A stretch of 64,000 nt of DNA, from NCBI GenBank assembly GCA_043228905.1, contig JBHGNT010000022.1:9362001-9426000 (forward strand). The letters are read 5' to 3'. The stretch comes from Azolla caroliniana (taxonomy: Eukaryota > Plantae > Polypodiophyta). The notes beneath the pieces were generated by a model. That model was not told where the DNA came from and did not search any database. It saw only the letters and a list, made by a program, of their open reading frames with translations. The translations under genes were made by a program, and so were the position numbers. This document shows positions 38,351-49,192 of this stretch, in pieces (the first letter of the stretch is position 1; every line of letters starts with the position of its first letter).

Positions 38351-41300
38351 TGTTGGGAATCAACGCTTGGATTCACCTTCACCACTCGGCCACAACCGAT
38401 TAATCGCGGATCAATGTAGCAGAAAATAGGAAATACAGAGAAAGACGCGATACACAGGGATTAACGTGGAAAACCCTATACGGGAAAAACCACGGGAGTG
38501 CGAGACTCCGAACCAAACTATGCACAGAGAAATATACAATGGCGAGCTGCAAGGCAACGACCTTGAGCTCGCTGTCCTCGCCACAGGCGGCGGAAATACA
38601 CAGAGGCGTCTACCTCTTCCTCTCTCGCGCTCTATCTCTCTCTCTCTCTCACGGCTGCTCCCTCTTCACTCCTCTTGAGTGGAAAAACAGAAAAATGAGA
38701 AGCAACAACAAAACTGTTTGCCCTAAGTCATATTTATACTTATATGACTTTGGGCTATTTACAACTGTAGCCTCAGGGGCCCATAGCGAACATATTCACG
38801 GATATGTCCCTGCATCCGGATCGCTCTCCGGGTACACTCGTCATCCGGTACCGAAACCGGGGTCTTCGTCATCCGGATCCGAAACCGAAACCGGGCTTGT
38901 CGGCATTCATCTCCGATATCCGACCATCCCATCCGAAAGGGACCGAAATCCCAACAAACTCCCCCTTCACTTCGGCATGGGATGTCTCTCCAATCCGATC
39001 CTCTTCCGGCATGCTTCCAGCTTGTCGGGTGTGAGCACCTTGGTCAGCATATCCGACCCGTTCTCGTCCGTGTGGATCTTCGTCAGCACGAACTCCTTGT
39101 CTTCTATCCTTTCCCGGATCCAGTGATATCTTCGCTGGATGTGCTTCGTCCGGGAGTGATAGGCCGCGTTCTTTGCAAGGTGGATTGCACTCTGACTATC
39201 GCAGTAGAGTCGGTACTCCTCCTGCCGGATACCGAGCTCTCTAATGAAGTCCTTCATCCATATTATTTCCTTGCCGGCTTCAACAGCCGCCATGTACTCC
39301 GCCTCCGTGGTTGACAGCGCAACCGTCTTCTGCAGCCTCGACTGCCATGAAACAGCTCCCCCTGCATACGTCATCACATACCCTGATGTGGACCGGCTGG
39401 TATCTGCATCAGCCGACATATCCGAATCGGTAAAGCCGTCGAGTTCGGGCTTTCCGGAGCCGAATCGGAGGCACACGTTTGCCGTGCCCTTCAGGTATCG
39501 GAGTATCCACTTGGCCGCGTTCCAATGCTCTTTGCCGGGATTGCTCATGTACCGGCTCACCACTCCGACTGCATATCCTATGTCCGGTCTCGTACACACC
39601 ATGGCGTACATCAAGCTCCCGACGGCTGAGGCATACGGCACTTCCATCATATCCTCCTTTTCAGCCTTTGTCTTGGGACTTTGCTTGCTGGTCAGCTTGC
39701 AGTTTGCCGGGAGGGTCGATCCGACCGGTCTTGCTTCCGACATGTTGAACCGTTGAAGCACCTTTGTCACGTACTTCTCCTGTGACAGCCACAACTGTTT
39801 CTTCTTCCTGTCCCGGATGATGTGCATCCCTAGTATTTGCCTCGCCGGACCCAGGTCCTTCATTGAGAAGGTTCGGTGAAGAGCCTTCTTCAGCATCCGT
39901 ATCTTGACCTGGTCCCGTCCGACGATCAACATGTCGTCCACGTACAGGAGGAGTATTAGGGAGTCTCCTCCTTCGAACTTCTTCACAAACACGCAGTGGT
40001 CGGACTGCGTTTTGAGGTACCCTTCGTCGGTCATGAAGGAGTCGAACTTCCGGTACCATTGCCGGGGAGCCTGCTTCAGTCCGTAAAGGCTCTTCTTCAA
40101 CCGGCATACCAGGTGCTCCTTCCCTTTCTTCTCGAATCCTTCCGGTTGCTGCATGTAGATTTCTTCTTCGAGGTCACCGTGAAGGAATGCTGTCTTCACG
40201 TCCATCTGTTCTACCTCGAGGTCCATGCTTGCCGCTATGCTCAGCACCGTCCGGATGGAGGTCATCTTCACTACCGGGGCAAATATCTCGTCGAAGTCGA
40301 CGCCCTTCTTTTGCTGGAACCCCTTCACCACGATCCTGGCTTTGTATCTCGTGGGGTTTCCGGCCTCTCCCGGTTTCAGCTTGAACACCCACTTGTTTCG
40401 AAGTGCCCGCTTTCCTTTCGGCAACTCCACAAGTTCATATGTGTGGTTCTCATGCAGGGAATCCATCTCGTCCTGCATGGCACTCAACCACCTGCGGCTC
40501 TGGGTGTCATGCTTTGCTTCTTCAAAGCTCTCCGGCTCCCCCTCGTCGGTTAGCAACACGTGCTCTGGTTCCGGAAATCTCCGGGGGGCCCTTCTCTCTC
40601 TTAGAGGGTATCTCCGTTCCGGAGCTTCGGTAACCGGTTCTTCCGATTCTTCTTCTTCATCCGAATCCATTTCGGGATCGGGGCCGGTTCCGGTATCATT
40701 TTCATCTTCTTCGGCCGGTTCTGTTTCTTCACCGTCTTCGGCCGGATCCTCGAGTGTTAACCGGTCCCTTGCCGGTCGGGACTGCTCCTCGTAGAGTTGA
40801 TCCTCACCGATCGACTTGGAGCTCTTCATCTTCTTCTCCGACTCCCAGTCGGCGAGTGTCTTGTCCTCCATGAAGATGATGTCTCGACTCCTGAATATCT
40901 TCTTGTCGACCGGGTCCCATACTCGGTAGCCGAACTCGTCGTCGCCGTAACCGAGGAATATGCATGGCCGGGTCTTAGGATCTAGCTTTCCTCTCCGGTC
41001 CTTTGCCACATGCACGTATGCGAGACACCCGAACACCTTCAGATGCCGGTAGGACACTTCCTTACCGGTCCACACTCTCTGCGGCGTGTCTCCGTCCAAA
41101 GGAACTGAGGGTGATCTGTTTATCACATATGTCGCCGTCGACATTGCCTCAGCCCAAAACCCCTTGGGTAATTTCGCATGCGCCAGCATACTCCGGACCC
41201 GCTCCATTATGGTCCGGTTCATCCTCTCGGCCAGCCCGTTCAGTTCCGGCGTCTTCGGCACAGTAAACTCGAGCCGGATTCCCTTCGAGCGACAGTACTC

Positions 41301-43678
41301 CTGGAACTGCCCCCGGTATTCCCCTCCGTTATCCGCTCGTATCGCTTTCAGCTTCTTGCCGGATTCCCTTTCCACTCTCGCGTGGAGTTCTTTGAAGACG
41401 GACAACACTTGGTCCTTTGTCTTCAACGGTGCCGTCCACAGTTTTCGGCTATGATCATCGATGAATGTTACGAAGTACTGGGCTCCGCCATGTGACTTCG
41501 TCTCTACCTGACACACGTCAGTGTGCACCAACTCCAATGGTGCGCTACGTCTCGTCGGTGGCCTTGAGTGGAAGGAGGTTCGGTTCTGCTTACCGGCCAG
41601 GCAATCGGTGCACTTCTCCAGGTGCACATGCTTCACTGGGATGAGGTTGTCTTCTGCAAGCCTCTTCATCCCCTTCTCACTCATGTGGCACAGTCTCTTG
41701 TGCCACAGCTCACCGGCAGTGTCGGCTGCCACATTCAGTTCTTCCGGACATAACCGGGCATTCATCAGGTACAGTGTGTTGACTTTCCGGGCCCGAGCCA
41801 CTATCAGGCTCCCCTTGCTGAACTTCATTACGCCGTTCCGGATGCTACCTGTGTAGCCTTCATCGTCTAGCCTCCCGGCCGAAATCAGGTTCAATCGAAC
41901 CTCCGGAACGTGTCGGACATCCTTCAGCAGCATTTTGCATCCGGTCGGGGTTGTCAACCACACGTCTCCTATGCCGGAAATCCGGCACGTACCTTCATTT
42001 CCCATCCGAACACAGCCATGCTCACCGGCTGTGTAGGATGAGAAGTATCTTCTCTCCGGGGTCAGGTGGAACGATGCTCCGGAATCGACCACCCAGGTCG
42101 TCTCATCGCCGGCAACGTTTAGCTCACCTTCTTCGGTGATGAGCATGATTTCTTCCTCACTTGCCGCGAGTGCCGTTGTTCCTTTCCGGTCCTGTCCTCG
42201 CCGATCCGAACCATTCCGGTCCGTGGCTCCCTGGTATGCACCGTTTCTCTCCGGTGACTTCTTCGAATCGGTGTCGTCGGCTCCGTTGTCCTTTCGGTAA
42301 TGCCGACAGTTCTTCCGGAAGTGCCCCGGCTTCCCACAGTGGAAGCATGTTGGCCTTCCTCTTGACTGCGACCGGGTCCCCGACTTCTCCCGTCTTTGCG
42401 GACTCCGGTTCCACTGTCTTCCCCGATCCGATTCGGTAAACAGCATCTTCGGGTCGGAGGCCGGTTCCTTATCTCTCCGACGCGCTTCTTCATTCAGAAT
42501 ACTTGTCTTTACAGTTTGTAAGGACAAGTTATCTTCGGTGCACGAGGTGCTGAGAGTCACCACCAAGTTCTCCCAGCTTTCCGGCAATGTACACATCAGG
42601 ATGATGGCTTGCATTGCATCCTCCAACGGGAACTTGATCGCCGCAAGCTGGTTCACGAATCCCATGAACGTGCTTACGTGTTCCACCATACTCTCGCCGT
42701 CCCGATACTTGAGATTCACAATCTTCCTCATCAGGGAGGTCCGGTTCAACGCATTCTTCCTCTCATAGAGGCCAGACAGCTTCTTCCACATCTCGTATGC
42801 GTTGGTGTCGTTCGCCACATGTTGCAGGACGCTTACGTCGACATATTGTCGGATCGTCGCTACGGCTTTCCGGTTCAGGAGCTTCCACTCCGACTCAAGT
42901 ACCCCTTTCGGTATTTCCGACCTGTCAATCGGTTCATACAGGTCCCGAACAATCAGAAGATCCTCCATCTTGATCTTCCAGTCGGCGTAATTCTGTGCAT
43001 TCAGCACCATCATCATCGGCTGCCCGCTGCCGCCGCCTTCCATTTTCTGCAACAGTCGCTCTGATACCAGTTTGTTGGGAATCAACGCTTGGATTCACCT
43101 TCACCACTCGGCCACAACCGATTAATCGCGGATCAATGTAGCAGAAAATAGGAAATACAGAGAAAGACGCGATACACAGGGATTAACGTGGAAAACCCTA
43201 TACGGGAAAAACCACGGGAGTGCGAGACTCCGAACCAAACTATGCACAGAGAAATATACAATGGCGAGCTGCAAGGCAACGACCTTGAGCTCGCTGTCCT
43301 CGCCACAGGCGGCGGAAATACACAGAGGCGTCTACCTCTTCCTCTCTCGCGCTCTATCTCTCTCTCTCTCTCACGGCTGCTCCCTCTTCACTCCTCTTGA
43401 GTGGAAAAACAGAAAAATGAGAAGCAACAACAAAACTGTTTGCCCTAAGTCATATTTATACTTATATGACTTTGGGCTATTTACAACTGTAGCCTCAGGG
43501 GCCCATAGCGAACATATTCACGGATATGTCCCTGCATCCGGATCGCTCTCCGGGTACACTCGTCATCCGGTACCGAAACCGGGGTCTTCGTCATCCGGAT
43601 CCGAAACCGAAACCGGGCTTGTCGGCATTCATCTCCGATATCCGACCATCCCATCCGAAAGGGACCGAAATCCCAACA
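38351..43678 (-). mobile_element. Copia F: intact full-length Tnt1/Tto1-like (Tork-type) element
   Basis: 606-bp LTRs at 38351-38956 and 43073-43678 with no differences seen. TSD CTCTC, Met PBS TGGTATCAGAGC, PPT GAAGGGGGAG, single uninterrupted ORF. Confidence 0.97.
38967..43043 (-). CDS. Copia gag-pol polyprotein (1358 aa from ATG MEGGG)
   Basis: CFHCGKPGHFRKNC, WVVDSGASFH, HTDV/DNGGEY/NGLAERMN, YVDDML, DSD and SDMLTK all intact. Confidence 0.97.
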   Translation of the reverse strand: MEGGGSGQPMMMVLNAQNYADWKIKMEDLLIVRDLYEPIDRSEIPKGVLESEWKLLNRKAVATIRQYVDVSVLQHVANDTNAYEMWKKLSGLYERKNALNRTSLMRKIVNLKYRDGESMVEHVSTFMGFVNQLAAIKFPLEDAMQAIILMCTLPESWENLVVTLSTSCTEDNLSLQTVKTSILNEEARRRDKEPASDPKMLFTESDRGRQWNRSPQRREKSGTRSQSRGRPTCFHCGKPGHFRKNCRHYRKDNGADDTDSKKSPERNGAYQGATDRNGSDRRGQDRKGTTALAASEEEIMLITEEGELNVAGDETTWVVDSGASFHLTPERRYFSSYTAGEHGCVRMGNEGTCRISGIGDVWLTTPTGCKMLLKDVRHVPEVRLNLISAGRLDDEGYTGSIRNGVMKFSKGSLIVARARKVNTLYLMNARLCPEELNVAADTAGELWHKRLCHMSEKGMKRLAEDNLIPVKHVHLEKCTDCLAGKQNRTSFHSRPPTRRSAPLELVHTDVCQVETKSHGGAQYFVTFIDDHSRKLWTAPLKTKDQVLSVFKELHARVERESGKKLKAIRADNGGEYRGQFQEYCRSKGIRLEFTVPKTPELNGLAERMNRTIMERVRSMLAHAKLPKGFWAEAMSTATYVINRSPSVPLDGDTPQRVWTGKEVSYRHLKVFGCLAYVHVAKDRRGKLDPKTRPCIFLGYGDDEFGYRVWDPVDKKIFRSRDIIFMEDKTLADWESEKKMKSSKSIGEDQLYEEQSRPARDRLTLEDPAEDGEETEPAEEDENDTGTGPDPEMDSDEEEESEEPVTEAPERRYPLRERRAPRRFPEPEHVLLTDEGEPESFEEAKHDTQSRRWLSAMQDEMDSLHENHTYELVELPKGKRALRNKWVFKLKPGEAGNPTRYKARIVVKGFQQKKGVDFDEIFAPVVKMTSIRTVLSIAASMDLEVEQMDVKTAFLHGDLEEEIYMQQPEGFEKKGKEHLVCRLKKSLYGLKQAPRQWYRKFDSFMTDEGYLKTQSDHCVFVKKFEGGDSLILLLYVDDMLIVGRDQVKIRMLKKALHRTFSMKDLGPARQILGMHIIRDRKKKQLWLSQEKYVTKVLQRFNMSEARPVGSTLPANCKLTSKQSPKTKAEKEDMMEVPYASAVGSLMYAMVCTRPDIGYAVGVVSRYMSNPGKEHWNAAKWILRYLKGTANVCLRFGSGKPELDGFTDSDMSADADTSRSTSGYVMTYAGGAVSWQSRLQKTVALSTTEAEYMAAVEAGKEIIWMKDFIRELGIRQEEYRLYCDSQSAIHLAKNAAYHSRTKHIQRRYHWIRERIEDKEFVLTKIHTDENGSDMLTKVLTPDKLEACRKRIGLERHPMPK

Positions 43679-45429
43679 CTCTCCTCGAAGATGGTACCCA
43701 AGCGAATGGGCTTGTGGTGGACTGGGTTGCTATGAAGCGAGCATGCAACAAGATTGACAGGCATCATCAATGGCTTGATGACATTGACTTTGTAAGTCCA
43801 AGCGTAGAAACATCAAGACCACCTAAAGAACTCGAGCCGCCTAAACAAAGCAACCTACATGAAAAGAAGATTGATGATGACTCGAGGACGGAGAAGGCCA
43901 CTTCGAGGGAGGATGAATGTTTCGGAACGCACGTCGTGTTCAAAACATCGGATGATGAAGGAGCAAGCCTAATCGAAGCTTGCATCAATGGAGATAAAGA
44001 GTGCGAGGCTAGTGTAATTGAGCATCTAGCCGCTAAAGACGACATCGAGGAGGTGACTATGAACAAGACAACAAGCGTTGACAATGACAATGGCTAAATT
44101 TTCTCCACACTTGTTCTAGAGACTTGGGTAGTTGCGTTCGAGAACCGACGTAAGACCCAAGAGACAGGAGGTGATGGCCAAGAACCGAATGTTGAAGCTA
44201 ATACATGCGACGAAGAGAGAAGCATAATAAACGCTTGCTCAATAAAAAGGATCAATGGGTACGAGGCCCATGACTTTGACGAGATAGCTATGGAAAATGA
44301 CGTCAAGGCGACGATGGTGAATGGCCATGAAGAGCCTTTCCCTGCACTAGTTCTAGAGACTTGGGCATTAACCGATGTAAGACCCAAGAGATGGAAGCTG
44401 GCGGCGAGGAAGCAAAGGTCAATGCTGATTCAAACAACCTTGAGATGGAAATGGGTAACTGTTGCACGAAAAAGGCAAACGAGGGAAATGTATGGGTCCC
44501 TCCACACTCGTTCTGGAGACTTGGGCATTAACTGGTGTAAGACCCAAGAGAAGGACAGTGACGGAGAAGAAGAAAGGGTTGAAGCTGATGTGTGGGAGCA
44601 AGAGGTCAAGCAAAGCATAAAGACAAAAGTTGATGCGTGTAACAAAGAGTTTGAGCAAAATATGACAAGGGATGGCGATGGCGATGGGAATGGACACATT
44701 GCTTGAAATGGAGGAATCGTACTAATCACCGTAGCCGAAATCTCACACTCTCTCTTCTTGGCACGTACTAGAGGACGTGCGGTTTGGTGGGGTGGATGTC
44801 GTGAAGATTTTTGTCAACGGTGTGAAAATCGTGTGGAACAAACAAAATCGAGAAAGTGTAATGTGCACTCAGACATTTGTAAATAAAATAAGACTAAAGC
44901 ATAGTAACCTTTGAGTCCATACAAAGGGGTACAAGTAAGGCTTGAACCTTGCACCTCCAAGATAGGGGACAAATTAACTTACCACTAAAGCCACTACTGA
45001 GTGCTTTAGAATTTGTATATTTTCTTTTCATATTCAGTATTTTGTAGGAAGCAAACATATAGAAACCGTGGGCACAAAACTAGGGTTTTAGGCCATGGTT
45101 TTAGCCCTTGGTTTTAGCCCATGGTTTCAGCTCATGGTTTTAGCCTGTGGGTTTAGCCCATGGTTTTTGCATGGAGAAACCTATAAAAGCCTATAGTGGT
45201 GATGTAAGTAAAAAAAAAGAAACTTTTAATCAAAGATCGGAGTTATCCTAATGGTGATGTATCTTGTCTCGTAAAACTAAAGTCAAGGGTTCAATCTCTC
45301 TCTTTCTCTCTCTCTCTCTCTCTATCTTCAACACTTTCTCGCTTACACTCCTAAAAACATCAAATCCTTCCGGTCCAGGACCCCAGTGGTTCCGCTTCAT
45401 TTCACGAACACGTGAGGATTTCCTCAACA

Positions 45430-47565
45430 ACGTAAGCCAAGATGTCATGTTCGACGAGTCCGCTTCATGGTACTTCCCTTCACCTCCAATACCTCATGAC
45501 TCCATTCTGAATTCTAAAGAAGAGGTTAGCGAGGCCGAGTTTCCTCCTCGTGATGAGAAAATCGGATCTCTGACAAAGAGTCTGATCTCATTTCGGGTAA
45601 GCGAGCCGAATGAGGGATTGGACCGAGATAGCCAACCAAATGAAGAAGAGCCAGTGAGTAGTGGAGAGTCGGCTGTGTTGTCCAGGCGTAAAGGACCAAG
45701 GAGACGGTTTACACGTAAAGAAAAAGGGAAGAAGAAAATGTCGGAATACGATTTCAGCAGTACCAAGTCAGATCGGAGCGAATCTAACTTCGGTCCAATC
45801 GAGAAGGAACCTCCGTAGAAGAGGTCAAAATCGACCAAAAAGGTTATGAAATCGGATAATCACGAATTACACCGATCTACCCACCTGAAGAACCCCGTAA
45901 AGAGGTACGGGTATAATGAGTACATGGCACACCATTATGCATACATGACACGAGTGGTGGAAGTGTGTGAGCCGGAGAGCTATGCAAAAGCGGTGGAAGA
46001 TGCAATTTGGCGTGCTGCGATGGAGGAAGAGATGCGCGCATTATCAGACAACAAGACTTGGGACCTGGTTGACGCACCTAAAGGTGTTAAGCCGATCGGA
46101 TGCAGATGGGTGTTTAAGGTGAAATACAACACCGACGGCTCGGTCAGCCGATATAATGACCCGTTTGGTTGCCAAAGGTTACACGTAGAAGCACTGCGTC
46201 GATTACGACGAGACCTTCGCGCCTGTCACGAAGATGACTATCATGCAAGTTTTGCTAGCTGTAGCTGCAGTGAAGGGGTGGCATCTACATCAGATGGATG
46301 TAAAGAATGCATTCCTGCAAGGTGACCTTGAGGAACAGGTGTACATGGTACAACCCTCCGGATTTCTATCCGAACATAACACTTCGGCAGTCTGCCAATT
46401 GAAGAAGGCGTTATACGGACTTAAGCAAGCCCCGCGAGCTTGGAGCATGAAGATTATGCAATGGTTTACGACGTCCAAATCGGACTCTTCGTTGTTCGTT
46501 CAGCAAGGTCGACATGTACCGATTTGGCTTTTACTTTATGTTGATGATTTAGTCATCGCCGGTGCCGACCTGGAAGAAATCGGCCGCATCAAGTCTCAGC
46601 TCGCGACATCTTTCGAAATGAAGGATCTTGGAGACCTTCATTACTTCGTTGGGATCGAAGTGATCCGTTCCACCGAAGGCATATTGATCAGTCAATGTCA
46701 TTACGCATTGAATATGCTCTTCAAGTTCGGTATGGCCGACTGTAAGCCCATCTCGACCAAAATGTAAAGCTTCGCCGAGATTGGGGAAAGGCATGCGACC
46801 CGACACGATTCCGACAGATTGTCGAAAGCCTAATCTACTAGATGATCAAACAACCGGATCTCAGTTGCCCGGTCGGCTTGATCAGTCAATTTATGTCGCA
46901 ACCCATGGCCAAACACTTTCAGTGTGCACAAACCGATATTGCGATATGTCAGCGGCACGAAAGACATGGCGTTGTTGTATTGTACAAGCGTAGCCGAACA
47001 GTTAGTTGGCTAGACGGATGCTGATTGGGCCGGAAATGCCCACGATCGTAGATCCACATCCGGATACACATTCTCATTGGGAAGTGTAGTGATCACGTGG
47101 AGTAGTAAGAAGCAGCCGAGAGTAGCACTATTGATCATAGAGATCGAATATTGAGGGGCGACTGTTGCTACGTGTGAAGTCATCTGGTTGAAACGACTAT
47201 TACGGGATCGGCATGTGGAGGTGTTCGATCCGACGATGATCTAGTGCGACAACCTGAGAAACATCCACCTTGCGAAGATCCCTGTATTCCACGCCTGGAC
47301 CAAGCACATTGAGGTGCACTACCACTTTGTCCGCGAGTCTGTCCTTTCTAGTGAAGTCCAACTGGCGTATGTTTCGACGGGTCGGCAGATTGCCAACATT
47401 TTAACCAAGACCCTTGGTCTCGACAAGTTGCGGCATTTCTTGGTTGAGTTGGGTTTGCATCACCTCGACACGTCGAACTTGAGAGTGAGACAAGAACATG
47501 AACAGAAGCGTGAAAGGAGCGGTAGTAATCGTGATGCCGATTCGCAAGCAAGAGCCGAAGATAGC
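45430..47565 (+). pseudogene. Copia D RT-RNase H
   Basis: MDVKNAFLQG, LYGLKQAPR, LYVDDL, with frameshifts. Confidence 0.92.
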
Positions 47566-48393
47566 TATTGTCTGTCGGAATAGTAACCGACAGAAAAAAG
47601 CGTAGGAATAAGAAACTATATAAGAGCATAACGCATGTAACGGTTCATGCAGGAAGCGTGAACGGCTAATTAGACCCTGCATATATAAAGGGCAGAAAAC
47701 CTCTTATGGAGGTGCGTGTAATTTTTGGAAATGTAAAGAACGCCTGATAACAGAATTCTATCTTCTCTGATTTTCTGTGTATAGCTGCGGCTAATTCAGT
47801 GTCGGTGTCTCGGATACAACAACGTAGTAGTATGTAAGTGTAACCTTTGATAGGGATTCGGTTGTAGCCGTCTTCCCTTATACGCGGAGGGATTACAGGG
47901 GTTCTCCCCTTACACATTACGCCTAAAACCCTGTTCGTTGTTCCACACCCACCTTGAGGTCTAGGTCGAAGGACTGACCACGGATCGTGTTCCTAAACGA
48001 CAACACTTTTGGCACGCTTGGTGATCTGTGTTTCCTCACAGACGAGCATCAACGAATGGATGTTTAGCTGCAGACGACCCACAGAACCAACAAGACAAGA
48101 CCGGCCAATAACAAGGTCCGTCACACGCCAAGTAGAAGAACGCGCCCGGCAAAAACCACGCATCAGCGACCTCAGTACTACCTGCGGGGGGTTCAAAGGG
48201 GATTCTTCGCTCCCCAAATACCTTGACGAGACGCGGGGACCACGCTCACCGCAGCCACCTTGTGACCTTTTCTGATCCGCCGTAGCTCCCACTATGGTCT
48301 TTGCCTACCCCCGCTTTAACAGCGAAAATGACGCCGCAACTCATATTCGCATGTTCCTGAATGTTTGGAATGCGAACCACATGGCGCAGAATC

Positions 48394-49192
48394 TGTTGGG
48401 AGACAGGTCCCTCCGGATGGGAAGGGAGAAGAATAGTGCCGATGGTGCAGACCCGGTGAGAACCGGAAGAGGAGTACCCGGCTACGGAGAGCCGGATGGT
48501 GCAGACCCGGTGTGAACCGGATGAGGAGTACCCGGCTACGGTGAGCCGGATGGTGCAGACCCGGTGTGAACTGGATGAGGAGTACCTGGCTACGGTGAGC
48601 CGGATGGTGCAGATCCGGTGAGAACCGGATGAGGAGTACCCGGCTACGGTGAGCCGGATGGTGCAGACCCGGTGAGAACCGGATGAGGAGTACCCGGCTA
48701 CGAAGAGCCGGATGACGCAGACCCGGTGAGAACCGGAGGAAGACACATATTCGTAAATATGTTTCTGAGAGCCCATCGAGGCTATATTTGTAAATAGCCA
48801 AAAAGTCATATTAGTATAAATATGACTTAGGGCAAATATGTGTTGTGTCAGTTGTCATTCTTGTTGGTGCAAGAATAGAGAGTGTGCGTAACTGTACAGA
48901 GAGAGAGAGAGAGAGAAAGAGGTCGTTCCTCTATTGTAACCGCCGCCTGTGGCGAAGATCGTGAGCACGAGGTCGTTGCCTCCGTGAACTCACTGTTTGT
49001 ACATTCCAATATAGTGATAGTTTGCAGCCTGTGGGCTGCCGTGGTTTTTTCCCTCAGTTTGGGTTTTCCACGTAAACATCCTGTCTACCTTTTCTCTCCT
49101 TTGTGTCATGCATTTGTTTCCCGTTTTCTGTGTATGATCCTAAGCTCGGTTGTGGCCGAGCGTTGTGCATAAGGAGTGTTGAGTTCCCGTCA
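48394..49192 (+). mobile_element. Solo LTR related to Copia F LTR
   Basis: TGTTGGGA...TCCCGTCA termini. TSD GAATC/AAATC. Shares AGTATAAATATGACTTAGGGCAAA with the F LTR. Confidence 0.85.
48439..48740 (+). repeat. 54-bp minisatellite (~5.5 copies) in U3 of solo LTR
   Basis: GATG(GT/AC)GCAGA at 48441, 48495, 48549, 48603, 48657 and 48711. Confidence 0.92.

Larger units (their letters stand above)
36655..45429 (+). mobile_element. Element E: Trp-primed non-autonomous gag-only LTR element
   Basis: LTRs 36655-37743 and 44797-45429. PBS TGGTGAACCCGATGTGA at 37751. gag remnant 37808-38350 continuing from 43684. TSD GCGT/ACGT restores host EVRVSQDVMFDE. Confidence 0.9.

Noticed and set aside
48439-48740. 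Regular repeats resembling a CRISPR array
   Set aside because: There are no unique spacers. It is a plain 54-bp minisatellite in the U3 of a eukaryotic LTR.
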